DNA from: Candidatus Woesearchaeota archaeon
GTDB lineage: Archaea; Nanobdellota; Nanobdellia; Woesearchaeales; JAGVYF01
DNA: 64,000 nt
Assembly: GCA_041650315.1 (NCBI GenBank)
Contig: JBAZLJ010000001.1
Span: forward strand, 5,947 to 69,946
Direction of reading: 5' to 3'
Each line of letters begins with the position of its first letter. The stretch's first letter is position 1. Under the pieces are notes generated by a model. The model searched no databases. It worked only from the letters and a program-made list of their open reading frames with translations, and was not told where the DNA came from. The position numbers and the translations under genes were made by a program. Below are positions 1 to 15,000 of this stretch, in pieces.

Positions 1-3000
1 GCCAACCATTATTCAAGGTCAAGCCCGTTATAGTCTTACGGGTATATGTACCTATACCATCGCCTATAAATGCCTCTATCCTATCCGAATTTGTCCTAGT
101 AAGTGCCATACCACAATAATTTCCATTTACGCTATTTAGATTTGAAAGAATACCATAGATACCATTCATGCCCTTATCAGATTTCACCCACGCTGAATAT
201 GTAAAACTGGTGTCATTACCGAAATTCAATTTTGTACCCGGGGATACCTGGGCATACCCTATTTGTCCATTGAAATCCAATCCCCCATTATAGATTGAAT
301 TATTCGTCCAATTGGCATTGTAATTCCTTACCCCGTCATTACCACCAATTGCGTCTTTCACTGTATTTCCCGCACCTTCATCGAAGTGCCATAACGCAAC
401 TGGCGGATTAAGGACTTCGCCGTAGTTCATCATCTCAGATTCTTGTTTTATTTCCTGAGCTGATAATGTGCGGTTCCAAAATTTCATCTCGTCTAATTTA
501 CCTAAGAAAGTGTACGATGTTGTGCTGAAAGCACCAATCAATACACTCGCCCCATAACTGGTAGAATACCCCTGAGTTTCTGCAATAGATCCTACAAAGT
601 TACCATCAATATACCCATAAACCAACACATTATCGCCAGATACATTCCATGAGAAAGTATAATGATGCCATTCATTTAATTTAACTGCATCATTATTTGA
701 CAATAACGATGTTTTTTGTTGGCCAGTACTATTAGCGTAAGAAATAAACATATCGTATCCGTTAAACGAAATATAATAATTTCCGCTAACTAAACTAAAA
801 GGCATATTATGCCCACTGCCCATTGTGGAGTTTGGATTTGCCCAGAACGAGATTGTCTTATTAGGTACTGCGAAAGGAGTTGATGAACTCACTTGTATAT
901 ATGTGCCGCTTGTATTCAATAAGTCTAAACCGGATTTGATTTTTGCGGAATTATTTGCCAACAATCCTTTAGATGTTGTTGCATGATTTGAACCGGCTGA
1001 ATCGAGATAATTATTGTCGAACTTCCAATAAGCCACTAAAGAATTATCTCTCCATGCTTCCGTTCCATTTAGATACCAGGTGTAGACGGATCTATTCTGT
1101 GCGTCTGAATCTGGGTCTGAATAAGACCACATTGCGGACGGATAATTGTTGGTGTATAATGTATATGGAGTGATGTTGACGTTTGTTACTATTGGATATC
1201 TATTGGCAGTGAAGTTGCCTGAGAAGTTTCCTACATTTCTCAATGTGTCATTCGCATAGATTGTGTAATTCACTACGCCACCGAATGAGTTGTTGACTGG
1301 AACTTGGATTGACCAGATTCCATCTAATAGCGTCCCTGAAATTAATGACAGGAATCCTTGCCACAATATGTTTCCTGCAGAGGCTATCGTCTGCCAGACC
1401 ACAATCCAAACTTTGTCAACTGCAGTGTCTGTGGTGATGTTGATGTAGAACGTCGCATTATCTCCGGACAATACTGGGTTTGTATGCGTGATTAATGCGC
1501 CGGTTATACCTGTAATGTTGATTAATGTCACATTTGGCGGAGTCGCGTCAACTGTGAATGTAACCAAATCCATGTGCGTATCATTATCATGCGAACTATT
1601 TGCATATATCCTCAAAATATTCGTTCCGTTGCCCAATCCGGTTATTGTAAGATTATTAGCGCAGCCAGGGATTGTTGTATTCACACCGCCGTTTATGCTG
1701 TATTTGCAAGCGCCGATTCCTGAATAGTCCAATGCTGAGAAATTGACTGGAATACTTGTTCCGTATTTCACGTTATCCAATGGATAATAGATATTGACTG
1801 TGACTTCATCGAAGTACAAGTTAGGATTTCTATCCAAACTTATTTTCTGCGCATCTGATAATCTGCCGCCAGCGGTGTGTGTCATCTTAGGATTTGTGTA
1901 ATATGTGAATAATGCGTCGAAATCGGATATGCCGTCGCCGTTACTGTCTGTTGATTGAAGTGTAGCGTTATCAGGCAGGTTGAATATAACAAACGCCTGT
2001 TGGTACTTGTTGAATATCTGGTTGTTCCACTGGCCGTGGTTGTAGAGGACTATATCATAAATCGAATCGCTGCCGGTATCTACATCAAAGTTCGCAGCGT
2101 ATCCTACTTTTAAAGTCTGGTTGTACGGCGAGAAGAATTTGGCTTTGTCTATATCTGTTGAATTAGGCACGCTAACTTCTGTAGTTATTGATGTGCCGTT
2201 AAGGCATCCGCCCACGCCTGATTCTGGGCCCCATTCAGCAGTCGTATCATTATATAATTTCAAACATGCATAATCGAATTCGACCGGCTGGATGTAGCCG
2301 TAATAATCAGACCACCATTCGTTCATCTGCCAGTGTCTGTAATAATAGCTATTGATATTGTTGTTCGGAGTATAATTGTATTCCCAATAATAGATTGTGA
2401 ACAGATAACAGTTCCTACCAGTGTTGTTGTAGGCGCCGATACCTGCATCAGTGTTTGTGAAATTATATTCCATGAAATTAGGTATAAGTCTACCTGTGTC
2501 CCTGTTGACTCCGTTCGTGACACCGCCTGCGAATAATCCGCCCCTGTCGTATTTGGAGCCTACCATATCCGGGTCCATATCAGGAGTACCAAATGTTATG
2601 ACACTCATGCAGTCGAACACGTTACCGCCGTTCTCCATACAATAGGTCAACGCATCAGTCTGGTATGTAAGATAATCAGTATATGTTATTGTGTAATCTA
2701 TTGACTGCTTAGGACTATTGAAGTAGACATATTTTGTATCGTCCCTTCTCAAGCCAGTCCTGTTCCTTTCCAATGCGGGTTTGGTCCAGTTCAATGCGAC
2801 ATATCCGGAGTTATTGATTATGTACATGGTCTGCCATGTTGCGGGGAGATTGTCTATCCTCCTATATTGCATTGCGCTGTCCGGGTCTTTTGTCAACGTG
2901 TAATTCGTCCATGCTGTTCCGTTCCACCATCTTGCAGTGAGATTGCCGTAAATGGATAGTCCTGATTCTATCCAAACCCAATTCTCTTCCTGGTATGAAC

Positions 3001-6000
3001 CTTCTCTCATACCAGATTGATTGTAACAAGGTGTTGTGCCGATTCCGTTCGGGCAATATTCCCTGTACCTGTAATCCAAATCGCCTTCATCGAAATTTCC
3101 AACAAAGAAGTCTTGGACTGGCATTATCTCGTGAACATATACTGCGCTGTAGCCGGTGTAATTTCCTACAGCTTTGACTCTGTAGCTGTACTGTCTTCCG
3201 TAAATGACTGGAATTGTGTAACAGAATGTGCCTGTGCTTGTTTTTACTGTTACTGCAGTTTCGCTGAAATCTGAAGATAGTTCATTCCAATACTGGATTG
3301 ATACGTTCACTGGGTTGTGGCCATTTAAACTTGTTAGATTGCCGCAGACTCTTACGTTTTCTTTTGACCTATTTTCAGTGTAGTTCAAGATAACTGATGA
3401 CGGAACTACATATTCTGTTCCTAACAAGAAACTGCCTGTCGCTGTTGAGTTGCCTATTGAGCCGGACGAGAGTACTTCGTAATAATAAGTCGTGTTTGTA
3501 TTTAGATTGGTCAAAGGTATCAATGGGTGCGTAGTTATCATGTCCCAGGTCTTGTTCGTGGTGTATGTGACTGTCCAATTCATGAGATTAGGAGTATCTA
3601 CGTCCAAGAATGTGATTGAATAAGGTATCCTAGTGGCATTGATTGTGTAATTCATGTTATATGCCCCCGTAGTACAAGTCACATTCAATAAAGTAATATA
3701 ATCTGCTCCATGCACTGCTAAATCTCTCAATGATTCAACGTTGCCTGGAATGTTATAGAAACGTTCTGTGACGTTCTTGTATTCAAATGCTCTTGTGCTC
3801 TGGAAGAACCATGGGTTGGTAGCGTACTTGACCTGATTGTTAGCTATCTGGTCAACAGTCCATGTTATGTTTGTGGATGTTGCTGTCCTCCCATAACTAT
3901 CATTCACATTCGAGATTACCGGAAGATCTTGATATGGAGTCTCTTTATTGTCCATGGTATAATAAGGAGTGGCGATTGTGTAAGATACAACTGATTCGTT
4001 CGCTGCTGCTTGCGGATAGCCATAATACATCCAGAGCTTGACATCATAATCACCATCTAGACCTGATTTGTATGATTGATTGTTATCATCGAAATGATTG
4101 GATTGCACCAATATGTCCGCTCTTGATGCGAACATCCACGTTATCATTGATTCGTAGAAGTATGACGAAATATCATTGTTCTCATATACAAATGTCCAGG
4201 CCTTGCTAGTCTGGTTCATACAATAAGTGTCTGCGTAAGGTATGCTGTAGTTCTGCACTGTTTTAAATTCCAGATTAGTTCCGCCAAAGCATGCGCTCGG
4301 TATCTCGCTGTCCCAGTACCAGTTTCCTACATAGAGTCTTAATAATGATGATGTCTTTGCACCCGCTGGGATTGTGTAGTTGTACCATTGCGTGCCGAAC
4401 AATCCTGCCTGGCTAGGGATACATCTTGATGCCCAATCTGCATCGTGGCAGTAAGTCGTGTTATCATAGCTGCCCACATACATTGTTGAGTCAGGTATGG
4501 TTTGAGTGGTTGAACCGCCTGTGCCTGCGATGTTCCACTCTTTTATGTCGTATGGAAGCACATTTTGTGATTGGTAATCTGTGAATCTTATATCATTGCC
4601 ATTGGTGTAGTTCAACGTGTCGAAGTCTGGATAAGTTGACCATAGCGCAGTCCTTTGGAAATTTTCGTCTGTTAAAGATATGTTGAGTACTCCTGTTTCT
4701 GTATCTGCTGAGATTTGACTGGAGTCTATTGTTATGAGTCTCCTGTACAACCAATTGGTGAGTTGAGGATGCCAGCCAGAAGTCCTGAAATATGATTCTC
4801 CATATTCGCCTTCATAGCCAGTGACACCTTGCTGCCATCTTAATTTGTATTCTGTGTCTGGATCCAAACTTGTGAATGTACCATTATTATTCGTCACGAA
4901 CAGAACTGCTTGAAGATCAAATGCGACTGTCTGCTCGTTGAGGTTGTAGATGTATAGCGAGGTCCAGTTGCCTGCGATGGAGTTATCCCATCTGAGTAGA
5001 ACGGATGTCCTGTTGATATCCTCAAATCTGAGATTCTTTAGATTGGGTTCTTCTATTGTTATTGTGAAATTGCCTGTTCTGATTGTGTTGCCTGCCCAGT
5101 CAGTGAGGTCATAGAACCATGTGTAGACACCATTGATTAAGTTGACTAATGCGCCTATCACTCCGCTTGTAAGTCTACTGAGGTATGTCAATGTGATATT
5201 GTAGTATAGTCCTGTGCTGTTGTAGACATACAATGTAGCATTTCTCAAACCGAATGAATCTGTGAAATTTACTGACAGATTCTGTGATGGATTGCCCCAT
5301 CTACTCGCGTTTGCTGGCCCGTATAGATTGGCTGAGACATTCTGCAGGTCTATGAACAACGTTCTTCTCTCTGTGCTGTTCTCGTTGTTCGCCTGGTCTC
5401 TTGCGGAAGCGTAGTATGTGTACTGGCTGTGTTCTAATCCAGTAGTTGCGTTCTTGGATTGATTTGAGTAGAAGTACCACTGCGTGCTGTTGAATTTCTG
5501 GAGATTGGATATGTATAACTGTTGAATCTCATTGTATGATAAAGATCTATTCCACATACGGACTTCGTCGATTGATCCGTTGAAGAACCCACTTATTGAT
5601 GGAGTTACAGTACCTATCGTTAAATCCCTGCTTAAATCGATGTTTGGATTCGACCCGGCAGTAGCGTGTGGGGGTTCAGTCAAATTAATGCCATCAACAA
5701 AAATCTGAAGACTTGCTGCAATAGTGCCATATTTCACAATTGTGATGAAGTGCCATTTACCATCATGTACATCTATTATTGATTTGTTGTATACTCTTGC
5801 ATCCTGATAATTAGTAGGGAAACTCTGTGCAGTCCAGAAATATAACATCGCACCAGCACCACTACTATTTTGAGCACTTCTTAGGTACCAACCATTATCC
5901 GCTCCATCACTACGAGCTATAATATACGCGCCATTTTTGTTCGTTGTCTGATTGTATTGTTTTATCCATAATGTGACTGCAAATTGCCCCGAGCCTACAT

Positions 6001-9000
6001 TGAGATTGGCGTTGTTAGTTATGTTTATGTAATCATTCACTCCGTCGAATGAATATGCTCCACCATATCTTCCGTTTGGTGTCCATGTTGCGCCTGAGAC
6101 TACTGCATTATTGCCTTTATTGGATGTATCTTTGACAATTGTAGATGATTCGCCTAACTCTGTGACATTCTCGAAGTTATACATAAATAACAAACTGCTA
6201 TTGTAGATTGTTGTGTTCGTGTTGTTCCAGTTCCAAATAAACTGAGTCATGTTCTGCTCTGTTACGCTGATGTTTATATCAGCCCATCTTGTTGTTGTTA
6301 TTGTAGCGTTTGTCACTGATGAAGAAGTGAATGACAATAATGGTGGAATGTTGTCTAAGACTGTAAACGATATGTTGGAGCCTTCTGCTATAAGTCCAGT
6401 TGAATCTGAGCAATTAACATTCCATATGTAAGTAGAGCCGTCTGTCGGGAAAGTTAGGGAAGTGAAGTTTATTGCCGTGCCGGTCTTTGTCTCAATCTGA
6501 CGGAAGACTCCCGAAGTTGTCCAATTGACTGCACCTTCAGTGTAAGCAGTATAATCTGGACCGCCAGTTATAGAATAGATGTATGTCTTCACTCTGAACA
6601 AGCTACCAGTTAATCCCGCTGATGGAATTACCACATTCGATAAATCAAACCCTTCGGGTATTCTCTTAGAAGTCAAGTTTTCCCAATTATTTGATGAATA
6701 ATTCCAATACATGATTAATTCATCGCAACCATTACCAGGGTTAACTGCATCTGCGCACCATATAGAATAATTCCACACTGCGGAAGTTGTGCCTGAAGGA
6801 ATCGTGAAATTCTCAAATACTATTCCAGTAGTCATAGCCGCACTAGACTGGCCAGTTACCCAATTTTGATCTGTACCACCACTGCAGTCTCCAGAAGCAG
6901 GGTTTTCGCATGAAAAAGCAGTTGCTTGATCAATTACATATGAATAAGGCATATCGCCGTACAATGTGCATGTGCCCGCTGTTGTAGTTGTGGCTGAGAA
7001 GATGTATGTCGTCCTGTCGTTGGTGTAATTGACCTGCGACTGGATATTAAACAATACATCATAGCCGATTGTGACTTTTGATAATTCAGGTGTTACATTT
7101 CCGTCGCCTTCGAAGTATGCTTTGTACTGGAAATATGTGTTGTTGGCTAGTGGTCTTAGGTCTAGATAGGTTGTGTTTGTTGTTGATACTGAATATGATT
7201 CTCCTTCGCAGAGTGCATCATCGCATGAACGCGCGGTGATGTTGAGCTTGGTTAAGCCCCTTCTATAAATATTCCAAATCTCTGTAGCCGATAGAGAACG
7301 ATTCCAAATTGCGACTTCGTCGATGGTGCCGTTCCAGTATCTATTCAGTGAAGAATCACCGCCTATAACTACTTCATTAGCTCCGTTCTGTAATGTACCT
7401 TGCTTGGTGGGAGTGCCTTCTCGAAGCCCATTAACATATATCAAAGCATGAGTACCATTATAATTACCAACAACAAAATACCATTGGTTATCATTTAGAG
7501 AGGTAGTACTTGCTGAAGACTGCCAAGTGCCATTATTTGTCCAAAAACTAATAGTAGATGATGAAGTTACTGATGAACTGAATTCTAATGACCACTCATT
7601 GCCGGGTTTTCTTATGACTGGAGCATAATTCCGGTTAGTAGTTCCAAATCTAGGATAAACCCATGCACCCACAGTCAATGCTGTACTCTGATCTAAGCTG
7701 GCACTATTGCTTGCGTTCACGTAATCGTTTACACCATCAAATAAGTATGCCCCTCCGAATTTGCCGGAAATATTAGCCACACCATTCCTTGTTATACCAT
7801 TATTGCCAGTTCCTGAAGAGTCAAGGGCATTACCATTAAAATGCATAAGAAGAACGTTGCCTGTCATGTTTGCACCCAAACTAGCTATGTCAACTCCTTT
7901 AGAATTTGGCAGTTCTTGTCCCGAATAATTGTATGACGTAACTAACGTCAGATTCTTCCAGTGCGGCGTTGTGGATGCCTCGAATATACGGGATTCGTAA
8001 TAACCTTGATCAATGTATGTTGATTTCTGGCGATTGTAGATGGTCGCTATTTCTGTTGCTGGTAGAGAGCGATTCCAGACTGCGAATTCGTCAAGTTCTC
8101 CGCATTGCTGATTGCCCCCTGTGACATAATTACCTATACTGGAAAGCATTTGATTATTTATCCTTGAGGCTGAAGTGCCCACATAGCTTCCATCAACATA
8201 AAATAATGTGGAAGACCCTGAAGCAGTTGTAGCTATATGGTGCCATCCAGTCAAAGAGCTCGTAACATAACCGGATGAATAAAATGCGCCATTAAAGCAC
8301 CCCAAATAATCGCTGGAATTGATTAGTATATGGTGATATGTTCCGCCGTTTGTTGAAGCTATAGTTCTCCATCCCGCAGTTGTTGTCGGCAGGGGGAATA
8401 ATTTCCAGACTGAAATAGAGTACTGTGTTGAGGTGTTTATTCCTGAGAAGGTAATTACCGATCCAGGGACTGTAAAATTAAATCCGCCATTGAATTTACC
8501 GGTTTGATTTGTTGCATTGACTGCAACCCCATTATAACCTGAACCAGAACTATCTAGCGCATTGCCGTTGAAGTGCCATAATCCGACGTTGCCGGTCATG
8601 TTCACATATCCATCATTTGCTTTATTGTTTGGCAATTCCTGTAGGCTGTCGTTGTCTTCCAAAGAGACGTTAGTTGCTGTTAGATGTGTGTAGTTGTATC
8701 TGCCTAAATCCCATCCGGAGAAAGTCTGATTATCTGTCCATGTTTTCGAACCTTCACTGTCAAATACTAATGCTGCCCAGTGGAAGAAGCCGTCAACGAG
8801 CATGTGGTAGAGTGATAGAGTTGTGTCTATCACTGACGTTACTATGCCGGCGCCGGTGAGTGCCATTGTTGTGCCCAGCTGCCAGACACCTAATAGGTCG
8901 TGGTAGATTGTGATGTTCCTTACGGAATTATCTGTGATATTGACGAAGAATGTGTTTGTCTCGCCGATGTTGTATGAGTTGTTGCCGGTCAATGGCGAGA

Positions 9001-12000
9001 TTACTGCCAGAATTGGAGGGATGTCGATTGAGTTCACTCTTAGGTCTGTTCTGTTGCTGTTGCCAGCTGTGTCTTTCGCATTCGCGAAGTATGTGTAGTT
9101 GCCGGATGATGTTACTTGTTGATTGACAAGGAGCGACCATTTATCTGTGGCATATTTGTTTAGATTGGTCTGGTAGAGTTGCGAGACTTCTGCGGCGGAT
9201 AAACTGCGGTTGTAGATACGGACTTCGTCGATGGTGCCGTTGAAGTAAAGTCCCTCAGTAGGAGAAGTTCTTCTCCCGATATCTAAAGTGTGATTCCCAG
9301 CTATAGTCCCAGAATGTACTTTTGTAAAATTGCCCATATAAACTCCGTCAATCCAAACTTTTTCTTCGGCCATACTCAATGTCCAAATTATATTATACCA
9401 TTTTCCCGCGTTCCAATTCCCTTCTGAGTTACATATTGTAATTCCTTCGTCATACCCTGTACTAGAGCCGTTAGAAGTATAGGTATGGACGCACCCATTT
9501 GGATAAGCATCTAACTCATATTCGGTATAATGTTTCCCGACCAATGTCGCTCTCGGGTTAATTATTTGAGTAGGTTTAAACCAAACTGAGATTGATATGT
9601 AATTACTCATATCTAAAGAAGCAGTGTCTGTAATATTGATAAAATCATTTAACCCATCGAATGAATATGCACCATTATACTTACCGGAAACATTGTATCC
9701 TGCGCCGTATATTATTCCATCATTGCCATTACCGCTCAAATCTTTTATTATACTTGCTGATTCACCCAACGCCGCTACGTTATTGAAATTGTACATTGCC
9801 ACTAAACTGCTGTTGTATAACGTCGTATTCGTTCCGTTCCAGTTCCAGATCACTTCATTGAGATTCGCTTCTGTGATGCTGATGTTGATTGGGATGACTG
9901 TGAGGTTTGTGTGCGTTGCGTTCGCGAGTGTTGGATTTGTGAAATATATCTCAGGCACTGGATTGACTGTGACTTGCCTTACTTCCGTGCCGTTCGCGTT
10001 ACCGGCAGCGTCTTTCGCGTAAGCGGAGTAGTTGAATGTGGTGATACCGTATACGCTTGTTGTATCTTCGTTCGCTTGGAATGTCCATTTGTCGGTTGCG
10101 TATTTGTTGAGGTTGGTTTGATATAATTGCGAGACTTCTGCGGCGGATAAACTTCTATTCCAAATTCGAGGCTCATCGATAGATCCTTGGAAAAATTGTG
10201 TTCCTTCCCTTGAACCAATCCTTAGATTTACAGTGTTCTTTATTGTCCCTATAAGATTATTATATTCTAACGCAATTGGTTGTTCCAAACCATCAATATA
10301 TATCTTAAATGCTGTAGCATTAACTGTGTCATTCTTAGTTACAGTTACATGATGCCAATTATTATCGTTGATTGCTTTGCCCCCTGCAGAAACATTGACA
10401 TATGCCGAAATCGCGTTAGTGGGCCAAGAATTAATTATATGAACTTTAATTGAATAAGGGCATTGAGCGGCACTTCCGCAATAATATAAATCATATCCTA
10501 TAGCGTTATTCCCGGGGTCCATCTTTGCGATTATACCTGCGCCAGCACTTGATGTTGTCTCCACCCACGCGGCCAATGTATATGACTCATTCCTTTCAAA
10601 ACTAATAGAACTAGAATTACCTGCATCAATATAATCATTGACTCCATCAAATTGTCCCGCTAAACCATACTTGCTTGTTTCATTGAATATGACTCCGGTT
10701 ACAACTCCATCATTAAGAGAATTGGATAAGTCTTTTACCACTGTTCCACTCTCCCCTAGCGCTGCTATGCTATCAAAATTATACATCAGTACAAGACTAT
10801 CATTATATATCGTCGTGTTCGTTCCGTTCCAGTCCCAGATCACTTCCCTGAGATTGGCTTCTGTTATACTGATATTAACCGGAAGGATTGTGAGGTTTGT
10901 GTGCGTTGCGTTTGCTAGTGTTGGAGCGACAAATGATAATTGCGGAACTATTGCTTGTGATGTCAACATCCTCTCAGTGCTGTTGCTGTTGGAGTCTGCG
11001 TCCAAAACGCTTGCGGAGTAGATGTAATTGGATTGGTTGAATACTTCGGTGACGGACTGGTTGATGAAGTAAGTCCATTTGTCGGTTGCGTATTTATTGA
11101 GGTTTGATGAATACAATTGCGTAACTTCTGCGGAGGATAAAACTCTATCCCATATCATCACGCTATCCAATGTATCATTAAATGCTTCATTCTTATCAAA
11201 AAGACTTATCCCATCTTGTTCCTGACCTAATACTAGGGATCCATTTAATGATAGACGTAGGTTTGAGTTGAGTAAATATGTACCCATCAAAACTCCATCT
11301 TTGTAGATAGTAGATTGATTGTCGCTCATTCTCCATGTAACGACAAAATGATGCCATTGATTATCATTCACAGTAACTCCTGAGGAATAACCATTGCCAG
11401 CCCTATACACATACAAAAAACCATTGCTACCTATAAAAATTAACCAATCATTACTATTTTTATCTGTGGCGTATGAAACTATCGCTGCACTAATATCTGT
11501 AGTTTTTATCCATAATGATGTTGTGATACTAGTGATAAAATCTGATCCTGCCTTTAATGGATTCCTTATCAAATAACTTGTTGTATCTCCGGTGAAATTC
11601 ATACCTACACCATACTTTCCTTCAGGCACTCTATATGCGCCAGTTATATTCATATCATATCCTGAGTGACTTGTGTCTATTGCTAAAGAAGAAGTCTCCC
11701 CTATAGAGCTATAATTGTCGAAATCTAATTTTAAAATAAGGCTGTCATTATACAAAGTCGTATTCGTTCCGTTCCAGCTCCAAGTCAATTGTTCTAAGTT
11801 CGCTTCTGTTATGCTGATGTTGATTGGGATGACAGTGAGATTCGATACGGATGCGTTCGGGAATGATGACGGCGCGAAAGAGATTGCAGGGATGATTGTG
11901 TCAACTGTCAATGATCTTATTTCAGTACTGCCTTCAACATTGTATGTATTCTTAGCGCTGCCGTAATAAGTATATGAACCATCATCTAATCTAGTAGTTG

Positions 12001-15000
12001 CGTTCTTGGATTGGTTCACGTAGAAGTACCATTGAGATGAGTTGAATTTTTGGAGATTGGACATGTAAAGCATAGATATTTCATCAGCTGAAAGAGAACG
12101 ATTGTATATTTTAAAATCGTCCATTGTACCGTTTGCGGGACCGTCCCAATCTGCACCATAATCGGTGTTAAGACCTATTCTGAGAGGAGTTACTGTATGA
12201 TACCGATGGCCATAGTATGGTGAAGACATAGCTAGTTTGCCATCAACATACAAACTAACTACCTTATTGACGTCATCAACTGTGCCTGCAAGATGCACCC
12301 ATTTATTCGGCACTAATGCATTAACACTATAAATCTGAGTCATGCCCGCCGTATCATTATTAATCCTAAAATAGATGTTTTTATTGTTATCAATATACAT
12401 CAGTGAAATATAATCTGAGAACATTGTTTGAAGATTATGCGGGACTACCGGACTAGGATCACTATATGCATAGTACCAAAGCGAATAAGTCACGCTTGAC
12501 TCGCTGATGTTAGTTGATAATGAGTCAAGAACCTCAATAATACTGCCATTGGCATTGAAACCGCGACCCGAACCGAATTTACCCGTAGTCACTGCGGGGC
12601 AAGTTGTGCATGATACACCTATATTATTAGAGCCAGTATCGTTGATTACGGATCCGCTCTCGCTCAATCCCGCGAGATTATCAAAGTTAAGCATTGTCAC
12701 TAAATCATTACTATATATAGTATAATTTGTATTATTCCAGCTGTGAATATATCGAGACAATCCCGAAGTAGAAATACTTATGTTGATTGGAACGCTTGTG
12801 CTTCCAGTCACTTGTTCGTCCGAGTATGTTGATGGGATGAATTGCATTGATGCTGCTCCCGCTAATGTAGTGAATGATATGTTCGAGCCCCATATAATAC
12901 CGCCAGAACTGTCCGAGCAATTGATTCCCCAACTATAAGTAGATCCTGTGCCGAGGAATATTGATGTGAAATTGAACGGCACTGTGCCAACTACTGCTTT
13001 TGTTTCTACTTTCGACCATGAACCTGCCCAGTTACCATATAGTGTGCAGTAATCTGCGCCGGATTGATTTGCCGAGAAGGTATATGTAAAACGATCGTTT
13101 GTGAAGTTGCGCTGGTCTGTGATGTTCATCATGAGACCGCCAAACGAATATACAATTGTGCCGACCGAACCTGCTGATGCAGCAGTAGTACATGCTGTGC
13201 CAGAAGTACCTGCTGCACCTAAGGCAACTGATTGAGTAGAGCTAGTGTTATACAATGATGAATATGCGATATATATTCTGCCTCCCCCGCCACCGCCACC
13301 GCTACAAGCACGTGTTGAACTAGTACATGATCCTCCGTCACCGCCAGAAGTATCGATTGACGCAGAAGAAATATTTACAAATCTGGCTCTTAATATTACG
13401 TGACCTCCTGAACCGCCACCGCCACATCCTGTCCCTGTTACTCCTGAACCTAAAGCAGTATCTCCATAAGCATAAATTGCTCCATGTACATCTATAATCC
13501 CATGATTTGCGTTTATGAATACTCCGCCCCCTCCATTAGCACCAGTAGTACTACCTGCAGCGCCCGCACCACCGCCACCGCCAGATCCTATGAAAAATGG
13601 CAGTGTATTAGATGCACCATAACTAGCTCCCCCTAAACCTATTTGGCAAGTAGAATAAGATTCACCGCCTGCGCCGCCTATTCCGCCAAAACCGCCGCCG
13701 CCACCGCCTGCACCCCTAGTCAAGAAACTTGCATAAACCTGTTGAGCGCCGCCGCCTGCTCCACCATTTGCAACATAAGAAGCTGCTCCCGCAGATCTAT
13801 CAATTCCATCTGTCCCTTGATAAGCTTGACAATTGGATGTAGTACATGTAGCACCACCTAATGCGCCAGAACCATTCGCGTAGATTATCGCGCCAGATGC
13901 CATTGTGAAGTTGCCATATGAACCAAGAGATATGTTAATGTGACCCGCAGTGGCGTTGCTTGCGATGAATGTACATACGTGAAGTCTTGCTGTTGAAGTT
14001 AATTCAATTGAGTCGTATTGTTTTACCTCACCGCACATTTTGTACCAACCAGTTATCCTCAATGGATTAGCGAAGTTATTTGCGTAACCAAATAAATCGC
14101 CGAATTGGAACTCTAAGTGGTGCGCACCTCTGCTCCAGACTTGCGATGTCTCTGTGCTGTTGACTGCGCAGGAATAGTTTTCAACGAATATCTCGCTGGT
14201 TTCATTACGCCATGTGAAGTTAACGAATTCTTCACCGCATTTCAGTTCGAGGAAGTTCAAGTCAGGCGTTTCACTCAAGTAATTCAATATTGTTCCATTG
14301 ATTGCACGGATTGTCAGATTCGCAGTTCCGATAGTTCCGAAGTTCACTGTCCAATTGCCGTTGACTGCTGGATAAGATTGTACGTTGAAGATTGTTAATT
14401 CTATTTCGTAAGTTTCGTTGGATAAGTGCGGCACAATCCAACTGATTGATTCAGTCATCAAATCTGAATCGGAATCTAGATAGTTAATATCGCCAGTGAA
14501 CGGCTCTCTTACGCCGTCCACTAGATGATATAACTTAATTTGGTGGTTATACAAGGTTGAAATCTCATGCGGCAACATTACGGTTGCCAAGATGTCTGTG
14601 TAATGTGTCTCTGAAGAAATTGTAACTTGCTTCTTATTTTCAGAAATAATCTGTTCATGAGCAATAGGCGCTTCTGTCTGATATTCTATATAATAGTCTG
14701 ATACGTTGCTTTCTAGTTCTAATTCGATTTCTTTATCTTTCTGCTTGAACTTGTGTTGTGAAACAACGGCTGATGCAGAATCTGGTAACTGGACTTTTAC
14801 TTTTGCATCTTTTACTTTATTAGAATCAATCTTAATGTGTTTGGTCCAACTGACTGGTTTGCCTACTTCAACGAAGCCTTGTGCATCTGTTTCAGTTATT
14901 CCGTCTGTTACGTTTGATGCTTGTTCGGTTGGTACTTGGTCAGTCTCATCAATAATATCGCCATACACTTCATCGACAACGACATAATAACCAGATGATA

